Source: an uncultured delta proteobacterium (GTDB taxonomy: Bacteria; Desulfobacterota; Binatia; JACPRU01). Taken from it: a stretch of DNA of 64,000 bases. Positions 30,029-42,593 of this stretch are shown piece by piece. The position numbers were made by a program, and so were the translations under genes. The notes under the pieces are model-generated. The model worked only from the letters and a program-made list of their open reading frames with translations, was not told the origin of the DNA and searched no databases. Positions within the stretch are counted from its first letter, which is position 1; each line of letters starts with the position of its first letter. The stretch spans positions 25,213 to 89,212 of the forward strand of contig CAVQEA010000001.1 of the NCBI GenBank assembly GCA_963711395.1, given 5' to 3'.

Positions 30029-32026
30029 TCACTCGCGCCGGGCTCCACGTTCGAGTCGATCGGTGAGCCGCACGAGCGCGGCAGCGAGGTCCGGGCGAAG
30101 CGCCAATACCTCTCGCAGGGGATCGTGGCGCCGAGCCTCGATCCGCGCCGGTACCGTGGCGATCGTGAAGTTTCGCGGCTGCAACCCCGGCCCGACTTCT
30201 TCCCAGTCGAGCGGCGTCGAAACCGGAGCCCCCGGCAGCGGGCGAGCGCTGAAGGGCCCGGCGATCGTCTGGCCTTGGCGGTTTTGTAGGTAGTCGAGGT
30301 ACACGCGTCCGCCGCGCTCGCTCATCTTGCGCGCGATCGTCGAGATCTCGGGGTGCTCGCGGTTGACGAATCGCGCCAGCAGCTCGCCGAGGGTCCGCGA
30401 CTGCTCGTGGGTGAACTGTGCGCCGAGCGGCACGAGCACGTGTAGGCCGGTGGAGCCGCTCGTCTTGACGAACGCCGGAAGCTCGATCGCGTCGCAGAGC
30501 CGGCGTAGCGCGAGCGCGAGCTCGACGACGTGAGTGAACGGCGCGCCTTTGGGATCGAGATCGAGGATGCACCAATCGGGCCTTTCCAGCCGTCCGACCC
30601 GGCTCGACCAGAGATGGAGCGGAATCGTGCCGAGGTTCACCACGTAGAGGAGGGAGTCGACGTCGTCACAGACGAAGTAGTCGATCTCGCGTCCCGCGTG
30701 CTCGCTCCACACCCGCTCGGTGCGGACCCATGGCGGTACGAACCCAGGCGCGTCCTTCTGGAAGAACGACTTGCCGTGAATGCCATCGGGAAACCGCGTG
30801 AGGACGAGAGGCCGATCGCGGAGATAGGGCAGGAGCCAGGGAGAGATGCGCCGGTAGTACTCGATGAGGTCTCCCTTCGTGTAGCCGTCTTGCGGCCAGA
30901 AGATCTTGTCGAGGTTGCTGAAGTGGCTCGTGCGTTCTGGTCGCGGCGGCGTCGGCGCTGGCGCAGGCGCAAGCGAAGTCGGCGGGTAGCCCTCCGCCGT
31001 ACACTCTTCGGGTTTCTTTTCGGGACGCAGGCGCAGAAACACGGGGTGGCGCAAATGTCCATCCCGCGTCCATTCCCGGTATCGCACCTCGCAGACGAGG
31101 TCCGGCTTCACCCAGGCGTGACCTCGCCCGGTCGGCAACGGTCCCGAGAAAGGCGGCGCGGCCTGGCGGCGAGACTGCAGCGCCTCGTGCAGCGCCGCAA
31201 GCAGGCGGTCGTCGAAACCCGTGCCCACTCGTCCCGCGTAGCGAAGGCCGGCCTCGGTGCGTACGCCGAGGTGGAGGGCACCGAAGCCCGCGCGAGCGCC
31301 TTTCGGAGCCGTGAACCCGACGATCGCGAAGTCTCCGACTCGTTCGTGGCGTACCTTCAGCCAATCCGCGGAGCGCCCGGCGCGATACGGCGAAAGCTTT
31401 CGCTTGGCGATCATGCCTTCGAGCTCCATCTTCTCGATGGAGGCGAACAGCTCCTCGCCGCGTTCGTCGACGTAGTCGGCGAAGCGCAGCGGCCCTGCCT
31501 GAGACAACAGATCCCTCAGTACCTGCTTGCGAGTGAGCAGCGGGAGTGGTCGCAGGTCGTAACCTTCGACGCCGAGCAGGTCGAACAGGAAGGCCGTAGC
31601 GGGAGTCTCGACTGCGCCCCGCTCGCTGTCGACGGCGCGGCGCATTTGCGCGCGCTTCTGCAGGCGCTGGAAGCTTGGCCGGCCACGCTCGTCGAGCACC
31701 ACGACCTCGCCGTCCATCACCACGTCGACCGGCAATGCAGCGACGGCACGAGCGATCTCGGGAAACGTCGTCGTGACATCGCTGCCGTGGCGATAGAGAA
31801 GCAGCGGCTGCCCGTTCTCGCGCGCGACGAGCAACCGGTAGCCGTCGTACTTGAGCTCGAAGACCCATTCACTCCCCGAGAACGCTAGCTCGCGAGACTC
31901 GGCAAGCATGATCTGGACATCGCGCGGGTGGACACGTCGCCTCGGAGCACCGAGGCTCTCCACGCGCAGGGTCCGGCTGCCCGCCGACCGGACTTGGCGC
32001 CGACGGGTCTTCGGGTTGGCGGGCAT
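30029..32026 (-). CDS. ligD: NHEJ DNA ligase D (ligase plus primase-polymerase domains, no phosphoesterase domain)
   Basis: ELKYDGYR, EGMIAK, YRAGRSADWLK, GRVGTG, then SNLDKIFWP, RFPDGI, DLDP, KTSGSTGLH, YLDYLQN. Confidence 0.92.
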   Translation of the reverse strand: MPANPKTRRRQVRSAGSRTLRVESLGAPRRRVHPRDVQIMLAESRELAFSGSEWVFELKYDGYRLLVARENGQPLLLYRHGSDVTTTFPEIARAVAALPVDVVMDGEVVVLDERGRPSFQRLQKRAQMRRAVDSERGAVETPATAFLFDLLGVEGYDLRPLPLLTRKQVLRDLLSQAGPLRFADYVDERGEELFASIEKMELEGMIAKRKLSPYRAGRSADWLKVRHERVGDFAIVGFTAPKGARAGFGALHLGVRTEAGLRYAGRVGTGFDDRLLAALHEALQSRRQAAPPFSGPLPTGRGHAWVKPDLVCEVRYREWTRDGHLRHPVFLRLRPEKKPEECTAEGYPPTSLAPAPAPTPPRPERTSHFSNLDKIFWPQDGYTKGDLIEYYRRISPWLLPYLRDRPLVLTRFPDGIHGKSFFQKDAPGFVPPWVRTERVWSEHAGREIDYFVCDDVDSLLYVVNLGTIPLHLWSSRVGRLERPDWCILDLDPKGAPFTHVVELALALRRLCDAIELPAFVKTSGSTGLHVLVPLGAQFTHEQSRTLGELLARFVNREHPEISTIARKMSERGGRVYLDYLQNRQGQTIAGPFSARPLPGAPVSTPLDWEEVGPGLQPRNFTIATVPARIEARRHDPLREVLALRPDLAAALVRLTDRLERGARRE

Positions 32027-32053
32027 CGGCGCGCTATGCTAACAGAAAGGTCC

Positions 32054-32974
32054 ATGCCTGCACGCGCCATCGGCTCGGCCACCGTGTCGTTCGGGATGGT
32101 GTCGATTCCGATCAAGCTCTATTCCGCCACCGAGGCGGCGGCTGCGATCACCTTCAATTGGCTGCACAAGAAATGCAGCTCGCGGCTGAAGCAGCAGTAC
32201 TATTGTCCCAAAGACAACGAAGCCGTGGCACGCGACGACATGATCAAGGGCTATGAGTTCGCCAAGGACCAGTACGTCACCTTCACCGCCGACGAGCTCA
32301 AGGCGCTCGAGGAAGAGGCGACCCAGACTGTCGAGATCAGCGAGTTCGTGCCGATCGAAAAGATCGACCCCATCTACTTCGACCGCCCCTACTACCTCGG
32401 CCCCGACAAGGGCGGCGACAAGGCCTACCGGTTGCTTGCCAGGGCGATGCAGCAGACCGGGCGAGCCGCCCTGGGGCGCTACGCGGCGCGGGGCAAGCAG
32501 TACCTGGTGATGCTCCGTCCGATCGGCGATGCGCTGGTGATGCAGCAGCTTCACTACGCCGACGAGATTCGCCCGCGCACGGAGGTGCCCCTCGGCGACG
32601 GTCAAGTGAAGGATGCCGAGCTGAAGCTCGCGGTGCAGCTCGTCGAGCAGATTTCCACCGACGACTTCCGGCCCGAGAGCTACCAGGACGACGTGCGCGT
32701 GCGCATGCGCGAGCTGATCGAGAAGAAGGTTGCGGGCGAGGAAATCTCCGTCGCTCCCGCCGAGACTCACCAGGGGGCGCAGATCATCGATCTCATGGAG
32801 GCTTTGAAAGCAAGCCTCGTTTCCAGGGGTGATTCGGAACGAGGTCAGCAGGCGCCGACAGTCGCCTCCGTGGCCGCAGCCTCAGAGAAGCGCAGGCCGG
32901 CGAAGCGTGCGCCGAGCGCCGCTTCGACGCGCAAGGGTGCGCGGGAGAAGACCTCCAAGTCTTCGGGAGCATGA
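32054..32974 (+). CDS. ku: Ku protein
   Basis: ISFG-like VSFGMVSIPIKLY, KGYE, IDPIYFDRPYYLGP, LHYADEIR, IIDLMEALKASL, basic tail. Confidence 0.95.
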   Translation: MPARAIGSATVSFGMVSIPIKLYSATEAAAAITFNWLHKKCSSRLKQQYYCPKDNEAVARDDMIKGYEFAKDQYVTFTADELKALEEEATQTVEISEFVPIEKIDPIYFDRPYYLGPDKGGDKAYRLLARAMQQTGRAALGRYAARGKQYLVMLRPIGDALVMQQLHYADEIRPRTEVPLGDGQVKDAELKLAVQLVEQISTDDFRPESYQDDVRVRMRELIEKKVAGEEISVAPAETHQGAQIIDLMEALKASLVSRGDSERGQQAPTVASVAAASEKRRPAKRAPSAASTRKGAREKTSKSSGA

Positions 32975-33801
32975 CCGGCTACACCTCGCGCGAGGTGGCG
33001 AAGCTTCTCGGTCTTCCGGTCGGGCGCATCCGCAGTTTCGTACGTAGCGGCTTCCTCGCTCCCGATCGCGGCGCTCGCCGCGAGCTGCGCTTTTCGTTTC
33101 CGGACCTGGTCCTGTTGCGTGCCGCCAAGGAGCTGATCGATCAACGGATCCCGCCGCGTCGCGTGCGGGCTGCGCTGCAAGGGCTGAAGCGCGATCTGCC
33201 GACGGACCGGCCGCTGAGCGCGCTGTCGATCGCCGCCGAAGGCAACCGCATCGTCGTGCGGGAAGGCCGGCGGCGCTGGAACGCGGAGTCGGGTCAGCAG
33301 CTGTTCTCGTTCGACGTCTCCGAGCTCGCCGAGCGCGTCGCCCCCCTCGCGGAGCGGCGGGCGGAGGAGGCGGAGAGCTCGACGGCGGGCTTGGCAGCCG
33401 AAGAATGGTACGAGCTGGGTTGTGAGCTCGAGACCGCGAGCTCCGACAAGGCGTGCGATGCGTATCGCCGCGCGATCGAGCTCGACCCTGCCCATGCCGA
33501 TGCCCACACCAACCTCGGTCGCTTGCTACACGAGGCGGGCCAAGTGGCCGCCGCCGAGACGCACTATCGGCGCGCTCTGGCCGTGAGACCGAGCGACGTC
33601 ACGGCCGCGTTCAACCTGGCGGTGGCATTCGAGGACGAAGGACGCGCGGAGGAGGCCGTGACCGCCTACCAACGCGTGCTCGCCGAGGACCCGCGCTACG
33701 CCGACGCACACTACAACCTCGCGCGCCTCTACGAGCATTTGGGGTGCGACGTGGCGGCCGTGCGGCACCTCAAGGCCTATCGCAAGCTCGTGCGACGCTG
33801 A
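32971..33801 (+). CDS. MerR-type HTH plus TPR protein
   Basis: YTSREVAKLLGL...FSFPDLVLLR (MerR-like) followed by TPRs (AHTNLGRLL, AAFNLAV, AHYNLARLY). ATGA overlap with ku. Confidence 0.8.
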   Translation: MTGYTSREVAKLLGLPVGRIRSFVRSGFLAPDRGARRELRFSFPDLVLLRAAKELIDQRIPPRRVRAALQGLKRDLPTDRPLSALSIAAEGNRIVVREGRRRWNAESGQQLFSFDVSELAERVAPLAERRAEEAESSTAGLAAEEWYELGCELETASSDKACDAYRRAIELDPAHADAHTNLGRLLHEAGQVAAAETHYRRALAVRPSDVTAAFNLAVAFEDEGRAEEAVTAYQRVLAEDPRYADAHYNLARLYEHLGCDVAAVRHLKAYRKLVRR

Positions 33802-33821
33802 CGCCGACGACGCACCCGGTC

Positions 33822-35223
33822 GTGGAAGGATTGCACGGGACAAAGGAGCTTGCGGCGGCGACGGTCACACCGCCGCAGTCGGTGCGTCGCGCGCTCGGCG
33901 ATCTACGCCGTGCGCACCAGCAGAGCCGCCGGGAGTTTCCGCGCGCTCTGGCGGTGGGGCTGCTCGCGGGGCTCGCCGCGGTCGCGTTTCGCGGCTCGCT
34001 CGAGTGGCTCGATCAGTTGCGGGATCGAGCCGTCGATGCGGCGCATCTCGATCCGCTGTGGCGCCTTCCAGCGCTGCTCGTACTGACGGCGTTCGGTGCC
34101 GGGGCGTCGGTTTTTCTGGTCGAGCGGTTCGCCCCGGAAACTTCGGGCAGCGGCATTCCGCACGTCAGTGCCGTGCTGCACAGCTTCCGCGCCATGCGCT
34201 GGCAGCGGATACTCGTCGTCAAGTTTCTCGGAGGCATTTGCGCAATCGGGGCGGGCCTAGCGCTCGGTCGCGAGGGACCGACCGTGCAGATGGGCGCGGC
34301 CATCGGCGCGATGGTGAGTGGTTGGTTTTCCGCGACCCCGCACGAGCGGCGCGCACTCATCGCCGCGGGATCCGGTGCGGGTCTCGCCGCCGCCTTCAAC
34401 GCACCGCTCGCGGGGCTGGTGTTCGTGCTCGAAGAACTGCAGCGCAATTTCGCCGCCCGCGTCTTCGCTGCCACCCTGCTGGCCGCCGCAGTTGCGGACG
34501 TGACCACGCGTCTCTTCCTCGGTCAGCTTCCCGTGTTCCATATGGGATCGGCGGCGATTCCGTCGCTGCACGACGCTGCCGGCGTCGGTGCTGACGGGCG
34601 TGCTGGCCGGTGGGCTTGGCGTCGCGTTCAATCGCGCGCTGCTCGGGAGCCTGGATTTCTTCCAGGGCCTTCGAGCTCGACCCGGCTGGGTTTACGCGAG
34701 TGCCGTCGGTTTTGCGATCGGCGTAGTCGCTTGGATCGCGCCGCACGCAGTCGGCGGCGGTGAGGGTCTGGTGGTCGAAACGCTCGCCGGGCGGACTCCC
34801 GGGTGGATGCTTCCTCCGTACTTCTTGCTGCGGTTCGCGCTCACCATGGCGAGCTACGGATGCGGCGCGCCCGGCGGAATCTTCGCCCCGCTTCTCGTGC
34901 TCGGCGCCGAGATCGGGCTCGGCGTCGGCAAGCTCGGACATTGGCTGTTCCCCCTGGCGATGGCGCACCCGGAGACGTTCGCGATCGTCGGCATGGCGGC
35001 CTACTTCTCGGCGATCGTGCGCGCTCCGCTCACCGGCATCGTGCTGATCGTCGAGATGACCGGTAACTACTTGTTAGTCCTGCCCCTGCTGGTCGGCTGC
35101 TTGACTGCGTATGCCGTCGCCGATCTCCTCGGCGACCCGCCGGTCTACGAAGCGCTTCTCGAACGCGACCTGCTCAGGGGAAATGCCACAGAAGTGAGGG
35201 TGGGGTCGGCCACCGTCCCTTGA
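33822..35223 (+). CDS. clcA: ClC H+/Cl- exchanger; frameshift near 34570
   Basis: GSGIP, GREGPTVQ, FNAPLAG, GIFAP, VRAPLTGIVLIVEMT. Confidence 0.9.
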
Positions 35224-35318
35224 ACGATGTGTAACCGGCAAACTGGTTGTGCTCCACTTCAAGCTTGCTACAAGGAGGATCGGGCCGAGAATCGAAACCA
35301 CGTCGTGCGAGGTGCGCC

Positions 35319-36649
<1,331 letters not shown>

Positions 36650-36658
36650 CGCCCCCGG

Positions 36659-37403
36659 TTAACCCTTGTCCTTCTTCAGCGCCTCGTCGACCATGGCCTT
36701 CATGCCCTCGAGCGAGCGGTTGGTACCGGGTACGCGCTTGCCGTTGATGAAGAACGTTGGCGTACCCTGAACGTCGACGTCGCGCCCGAGGGTCGAGGTC
36801 TTCGCGCACGATCTTCTCCGTCTCGGGACTGGCGACGTCCGCATCGAACTTCTTCATGTCGAGACCGAGCAGCTCCGCTTTCTTGCGGATCTCGTCCATC
36901 GTCAAGTTCTTCGAGATCTTGAACAGCTCGTCGTGCATTTCCCAGAACTTGCCCTGATTGCGAGCCGCGATCGATGCCTTGGCGGCGTTCAACGCATTCG
37001 GGTGGATCTGCTCGAGCGGGAACTGCTTGTAGACGAAACGGACATCGGTGGGATACGCGGCGAGCACCTGGTCCACGAGACCCGTGGACTGAGCGCAGAA
37101 GGGGCACTGGAAGTCACTGAACTCGACAATGGTGACCGGCGCGGCCTTCGGTCCGCGAATCGCCGAGTTGCCGAGCGCGATCTGGTAGATCTTGTTGGGG
37201 TCGATCTGCGGCCGTGCCGCCGCCGCGGCGGGCATCTGCTGCAGTTTGGTCTGGATGTCCTTGAGGACCTTATCCTGCTCGTCGAGCCGCTCGAGGATCT
37301 TCTTCTGCGTGTCTTTGATCTCGGAAAGATCCGAGGCGCGTGCGGGCGTCAGCGAAGTTGCCATAGCCACACCCAGTACGCCTGGTAGCCAACGTCTATT
37401 CAT
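36659..37403 (-). CDS. Exported DsbA/thioredoxin-fold protein; frameshift near 36790
   Basis: Signal peptide, EFSDFQCPFC, FPLEQIHP, GTPTFFING in the next frame. Confidence 0.85.
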
Positions 37404-37491
37404 CTCTAGGGCATCCCCCTTGTCGTGCGAGGCGAACTCAATATAAGCGTTCCGTTCCGACGAAAGTCAATTCACCTCTAAGGAGGAATCC

Positions 37492-38136
37492 ATGAAGCTC
37501 TATACCGTGCCGCTCAGCAATTTCGGCAACAAGTCGGTGATCGTCGCCTATGAGAAGAACCTAAACGTCGAGATCGTCCCACCTCCTGGGGAGCTCAAAT
37601 CCGCCACGTATCTTGCCATCAACCCACTCGGCAAGATCCCGGCGCTCGAGGTCGATGGCACGGTCATCCCCGAGTCTGAGGTGATCAACGAGTACCTCGA
37701 AGACAAATTCCCGAATCCGCCGCTGCTACCGAAGGACCCCGTGGGGCGTGCGCATGTACGCGGCTTCACTCGCCATCACGACCTCTACGTCGATCCACCG
37801 ATGCGGGCGCTGTTTTTTCAGATGGATCCGAAGACGCGCAACGCCGAGGTCGTGAAGCAGAGCCTCGCCGGCGTCGACAGCGCACTCGACTACCTCGAAC
37901 CACGAATCGGCTCGCCGTGGGCGGCCGGGGAATCGTTCACACTCGCCGACTGCGCTCTGGCACCGTCGATCTGGTACGTGGGCAGGATCATGCCGGCCTT
38001 CGGCGCCGGCGATCCCTTCGCCAAACGGCCGAAGCTGAAGGCGTGGTTCGAGCGCGTACAAGAGCGCCCCTCCGTGAAGCGAGCGCTCGACGCGCAGGCG
38101 AAGGCGCTGGCCGAGATGATGAGCGGCAATCGGTGA
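37492..38136 (+). CDS. Glutathione S-transferase
   Basis: INPLGKIPAL, ESEVINEYL, FTLADC, ERPSVKR. Confidence 0.92.
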   Translation: MKLYTVPLSNFGNKSVIVAYEKNLNVEIVPPPGELKSATYLAINPLGKIPALEVDGTVIPESEVINEYLEDKFPNPPLLPKDPVGRAHVRGFTRHHDLYVDPPMRALFFQMDPKTRNAEVVKQSLAGVDSALDYLEPRIGSPWAAGESFTLADCALAPSIWYVGRIMPAFGAGDPFAKRPKLKAWFERVQERPSVKRALDAQAKALAEMMSGNR

Positions 38137-38161
38137 ACGGCTCGGCGTCCCCGTTCCGGAG

Positions 38162-38914
38162 GTGGAAGCGGGGAAGGTCGTCCGAGAGGGAGGCGTGAGC
38201 GAGGCCGAGCCGCAAGACGTCGGACGGTGGCCACTGCGTATCGCGATCGGCGCCGCTGCGGCGTTCGTGATCGGGCCGCTTGCCGCCCATTTTGGAGTCG
38301 TCCCGCCGTTCGCCGGCTTCGTCGCGTTCGTGCTCGGCGGCGTGGTGGGATTGTTCAATTCGGTGGCGGGGGTGGTCACCTTGCGGCGCGGTGCTCGCAA
38401 CCGTGCCTTCGCGACGATCGCTCTGAGCCTGATTCCCGCGCTGGTGCTAGCTTTTGCGTCGGCGAGCGGCCTCGGCAAGCCGGCCATCAACGACATCACG
38501 AGTGATCTCGCCGAACCGCCCAATCTTCTCTACGCCCAGACTCAGCCAGGCAACCTCGGTCGCGACATGGTCTACCCGGAAGCGTTCAAAGACAGCGTCA
38601 GGTCGGCATATCCGGACCTCAAGCCGTTGACGCTGCCCGAGCCCCCGGACGTGGTGTTCGCGCGTGCCCTGCGTGTCGCGCAGCAGCGGCCTGGATGGGA
38701 AATCGCGTTCGTCAACGGTATGGGCCGGGTCTTCGAAGGAGTCGCGACCAGCGCCCTCTTTGGATTCAGGGACGATTTCGTGGTGCGGGTGCGGCCCGAC
38801 GGCACCGGCTCGGTCGTCGACATGCGCTCCAAATCCCGCGACGGGAAAGGGGATCTCGGCGTCAACGCGGGGCGTATCCGGTCGTTTCTGAAGGACCTTT
38901 CCGCCGCCAAGTGA
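38162..38914 (+). CDS. DUF1499-family membrane protein
   Basis: N-terminal TM helices, PAINDITSD, EGVATSALFGFRDDFVVRV, VDMRSKSRDGKGDLGVNAGRI. Confidence 0.8.
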   Translation: MEAGKVVREGGVSEAEPQDVGRWPLRIAIGAAAAFVIGPLAAHFGVVPPFAGFVAFVLGGVVGLFNSVAGVVTLRRGARNRAFATIALSLIPALVLAFASASGLGKPAINDITSDLAEPPNLLYAQTQPGNLGRDMVYPEAFKDSVRSAYPDLKPLTLPEPPDVVFARALRVAQQRPGWEIAFVNGMGRVFEGVATSALFGFRDDFVVRVRPDGTGSVVDMRSKSRDGKGDLGVNAGRIRSFLKDLSAAK

Positions 38915-39002
38915 GGCGCCTCGTACGCGGCGACCCTACCGCTGTGGCCGCCCGTGGACGCAGCTTGTCCTCCTTCCGGGCTCTGATATATCCGCTTTTC
39001 TG

Positions 39003-40220
39003 GTGGCCCAGGAGACCCGCAAAGAGCGTCCGAAGATCACGTCGCTCTACCCTTGGCTCCGACGCGACTACTTCAAGGCCAGCGTCTCCTACATCGTCTC
39101 GATCGTCGTCCACGCTTTGATTCTGCTCTTCTTCGTCGCGACGGTGGTTCTCGACGGTGGCGGTGGCGTGGGCGACAGCATGGGCGGGAAGGGGGAGGCG
39201 TTCTCTACCCTGGTCGGCCACGGCATGCTCGACCAGCAGACCAATCGGACGGACGAGTCGAAGGCGCTGCAGGAGGAGATCGCCAAGGCCGTCGAGCAGG
39301 TGCAGCCGCTCCCCGAGGTGGCGAGTGAAGTGACGCCGGATCTATCGGACGTCGGCGTGAGGCTTTCGGACGTAGCCCCGAAGATCAATCCGCTGCCGAT
39401 GGCTTCGGCGATGCGCAGCATGCCGTCGACCGGGGGCGGAATGGCGCTCGGGCCGGGCATCGGCGCGGGCGGCGGCCTCGGAGGCGGCATCGGCCGGGGG
39501 TTCGGCCGCGGTTTCGGCGATTTCGTCGGGTTGCTCGAAAAGGTCGGCTTCGACGTCGTCTTCGTGATCGACGCCACCGACAGCATGGATTTCGTGATCG
39601 ACGCAGTGAAGCAACAACTCTCCAACCTGGTCGAGACGATCCGCAAGCTCGTGCCGAACGCGCGCGTCGGCCTCGTGCTCTACAAGGACAAGGGCGAGGA
39701 CTTTCTGGTTCGCAAGTCCGACCTGACGTTCCACCTCGAGAAGCTCCAGTCCTTCATCCGCAACATCCAAGCAGGCGGAGGAGGCGACTACGAGGAAGCT
39801 GTGATGGACGGCCTGAAGGCTGCCACGCAGCAAATGAACTGGCGGAAATACGCGCACCGCGTGATCGTGCTTGTGCCGAGCTCCCCCGCGCATCCGGGCG
39901 AGGTGCAGCAGACCGAAGAGTTCATCCGCGCCTTTCATGCAAACGGCGGCACCGTTCACGTGCTCGATCTCGCCGACATCATGCACCGCAACTACGAGAT
40001 CGAGTTCAACACCAGGATGTACGGCAAGCCGCCGGATCAGATCTCGCCGATGCCGCAGTTCCTGAAGGAGCTTGAGGCGAGCAACAATTCGCTCGCCAAG
40101 CTCGGCGGCGGTGAGCTCCTGCCGATCGGTCAAGGTGATCGCATCACCGAGCAGCTGATGATCGCCGCGTTCGGCCCCAAGTGGAGAAAGGAGGTCGAGA
40201 AATTCGCCGCTGGAGGCTGA
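39003..40220 (+). CDS. Membrane-anchored von Willebrand factor A domain protein
   Basis: TM SIVVHALILLFFV, Gly-rich linker, MIDAS-like VVFVIDATDSM, GGGDYEEA. Confidence 0.8.
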   Translation: MAQETRKERPKITSLYPWLRRDYFKASVSYIVSIVVHALILLFFVATVVLDGGGGVGDSMGGKGEAFSTLVGHGMLDQQTNRTDESKALQEEIAKAVEQVQPLPEVASEVTPDLSDVGVRLSDVAPKINPLPMASAMRSMPSTGGGMALGPGIGAGGGLGGGIGRGFGRGFGDFVGLLEKVGFDVVFVIDATDSMDFVIDAVKQQLSNLVETIRKLVPNARVGLVLYKDKGEDFLVRKSDLTFHLEKLQSFIRNIQAGGGGDYEEAVMDGLKAATQQMNWRKYAHRVIVLVPSSPAHPGEVQQTEEFIRAFHANGGTVHVLDLADIMHRNYEIEFNTRMYGKPPDQISPMPQFLKELEASNNSLAKLGGGELLPIGQGDRITEQLMIAAFGPKWRKEVEKFAAGG

Positions 40221-42565
40221 TTCCTTGCTTCCTGCTTGCGATCGGCCTCCTCGCCTCCGCCGCGTATGCGGTGACCCTCTCCGAGCTCTCGGACGAGGTC
40301 AATCAAGCGGTGGGCGGCGGCCTGAGCGAGCAGCAGGAGCAAGCGCTCTTCGACCAGCTCGCCGAGGTGTCCGTGGAGGTCGCCAACCGCTACGACGCTT
40401 GGGTGCATTCCGGAACTGCAGACGCGCAAGTCGTCGGCGACGAGCCTCGCCGACGCGCTGCTGCCGATTCTCGAGCGACTCTACAACTACCATCAAGGGA
40501 AGATCGACAGGGCACAGAACGACATCATCGCCCAGGACGGCAATCCCGAGGTGCTCTACGACCAGAAGTGGTGGCAGCTCGATCGCGGCTTCTCGCTGGC
40601 CGCGGCCGGGCAACTCTCCTGGCTCTACTATCGCGTCGCGATGCTCCACCCCGAAGCCAAAGAGAAGCGCGAGCAGTGGCTGAGGAAGAGCGTCAAGGAG
40701 TTCTCCGAGTTCGTCTACTCGCAGGACCCCAAGATGAGCGGTGAGAGCCTGCTCGGCCGCGCGATGGCGGAGAAGGAGCTCGGCGAGCGCGACGCGGCGA
40801 TCGGCGACCTGAACGCGGTGCTCGAGCGCGGCAAGGATTCGCCGCTCTACTGGCCGGCGCGAATCTGGCGCTCGCCGACGTCAAGTCGAGCGCGGGCGGC
40901 GGCGACTGCCATCGGTGAGACGCAGAGGCTCCTGGCCGACGCCGTCGCGGCCGGTATGTCGAGCGATGCGTTGAACCAGATTCGACTGCTGCGCTTCTCG
41001 GCGCTGGCGGCGAGCGCTGGCAAGGGCGGGGGGCTGTCGGAGTCTTCTCGTACGAGAAGCGGTGGCGCTCTCGCAACAACTGTCTCAGCTCGGGCCGATG
41101 TGGTCGCGGCGGGTCTACGAGATCGCGCTCGCGAACTTGAAGGATCCCCGTCAGTTGCTCGGCAGCACCGTGTCGGCGGAGTGGGTGGCGGCGGAGAACC
41201 TCGCCGCCGACAACAAGTTCAAGGAGGCGATTCCCGCCTACTGGCCGTGCTGCGCAGCACCGACGCGGGAAACCGCGAGCACGCAGCCGAGGTGCATCAC
41301 CGACTCGGCGTCAGCTACTTCCGCCTGAATCAGTACACCGAGGCGGAGCGCGAGTTCCGGACGTTTCTGAACGTCGCACCGCAATCTGCCCTGGCGCCGG
41401 AAGCGGCCTATCTGCAGTTCCGCTCCGCCGAGGGCATGTACCGCCAAAACCCGTCGCCGGCCACGCGTGACATGTTCGTGTCGGCGATCGAGAACTACGT
41501 CAAGCGCTATCCCAAGCACGAGAACTTCTACGAGGGGGCCTTCCGCTGGGGCGAGATCCTGCAGGCCGAGAGACGCTACCAAGAGGCGGCGGACATCTAC
41601 GCGCAGGTCAAGGGTCCGCCGGCCTTCGAAGTACGCGCCGCCGCCGGAGTGCTCCAGTCCCTCGCCGATTCGTTGTCGAATCCGCCGAAGGACGCCGACA
41701 AGGCATGGGCGGAGGGCCTCCGCGTCACGCGGCCACGAAGGCATTCGATCGATTCGAAAAGGTGGCGGCAAACTCCCAGTCGGGCGCGACCGCCGAGCTG
41801 CGTGCGCGAGCCGACCTTGGCCAAGGCGATGACGGAGGCGGCGGGACCGGCGCCGCGACTCGCGCAGATCGCTCGACACGCTGCGCGATTTCGAGAAGCG
41901 CTACCCCGCGGCGACCGATCTCCATCTGCTCGCCGGAGCGCTGCGGCTGGCAGCCGCGAGCGGCCTCGGCCGCTACGACGATGCCGCGCGCGGTGTCGCA
42001 AGCCTGCCGACGAGCCCGCCCAATCCCGGATACGCCGACCTTCTCGAGAAGGTCGCGCACAACTTCTTGCGCACCTCCGCCGACCTCGCACCCGACGGAC
42101 CCGACCGGCGCCGAGAAGTGGGCGAACCTCGCCGCGCTGATATTCGACCGGCTGAAGGCACAGGGGCGGCCGATTCCGGGTGACGTCAAATCGAACCTAG
42201 CTCAGGTCTACGTGGAGCAAGGGCGGCTCGACGAGGCCGCAGCGCTCTACCGCGATCTCGTCCGTGAATCGCCGAAGTCGAAGACAGTGCTGCGGAACGC
42301 CGCGATGCTGGCCGACCGTCGCAACGCCTATGCGGAAGCCGCCGACTACTGGGCGCGCCTCGCCCTGCAGGAACAGGTCGCCACGCCCGCATGGTACGAG
42401 GACCGACTGTCGACCGTCCGGAACTTGATTGCCGCCGGGCAGTCGGCGCAGGCCTGCAAGAGCATCCAAGAGGTTGACGAGTTCCGGCCCGACTTGCGAG
42501 ACGTGCCTACCAAGAAGAAGTTCGAAGATCTCGCCGCCAAGGCCTGCGGCAAGTCAGGCGGCTAG
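40181..42565 (+). CDS. Exported large TPR-repeat protein; frameshifted
   Basis: Signal peptide LLAIGLLASAAYA and multiple TPR-like repeats (HHRLGVSYFRLNQY, NLAQVYVEQGRLDEAAALY). Confidence 0.7.
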
Positions 42566-42593
42566 AGGACCATCGTTCAGACCAGGAGGACTC

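Noticed and set aside
39420-39520. GGC-rich repeat-like stretch (GGGLGGGIGRGFG)
   Set aside because: Low-complexity Gly linker within the vWA protein, not a DNA repeat array.
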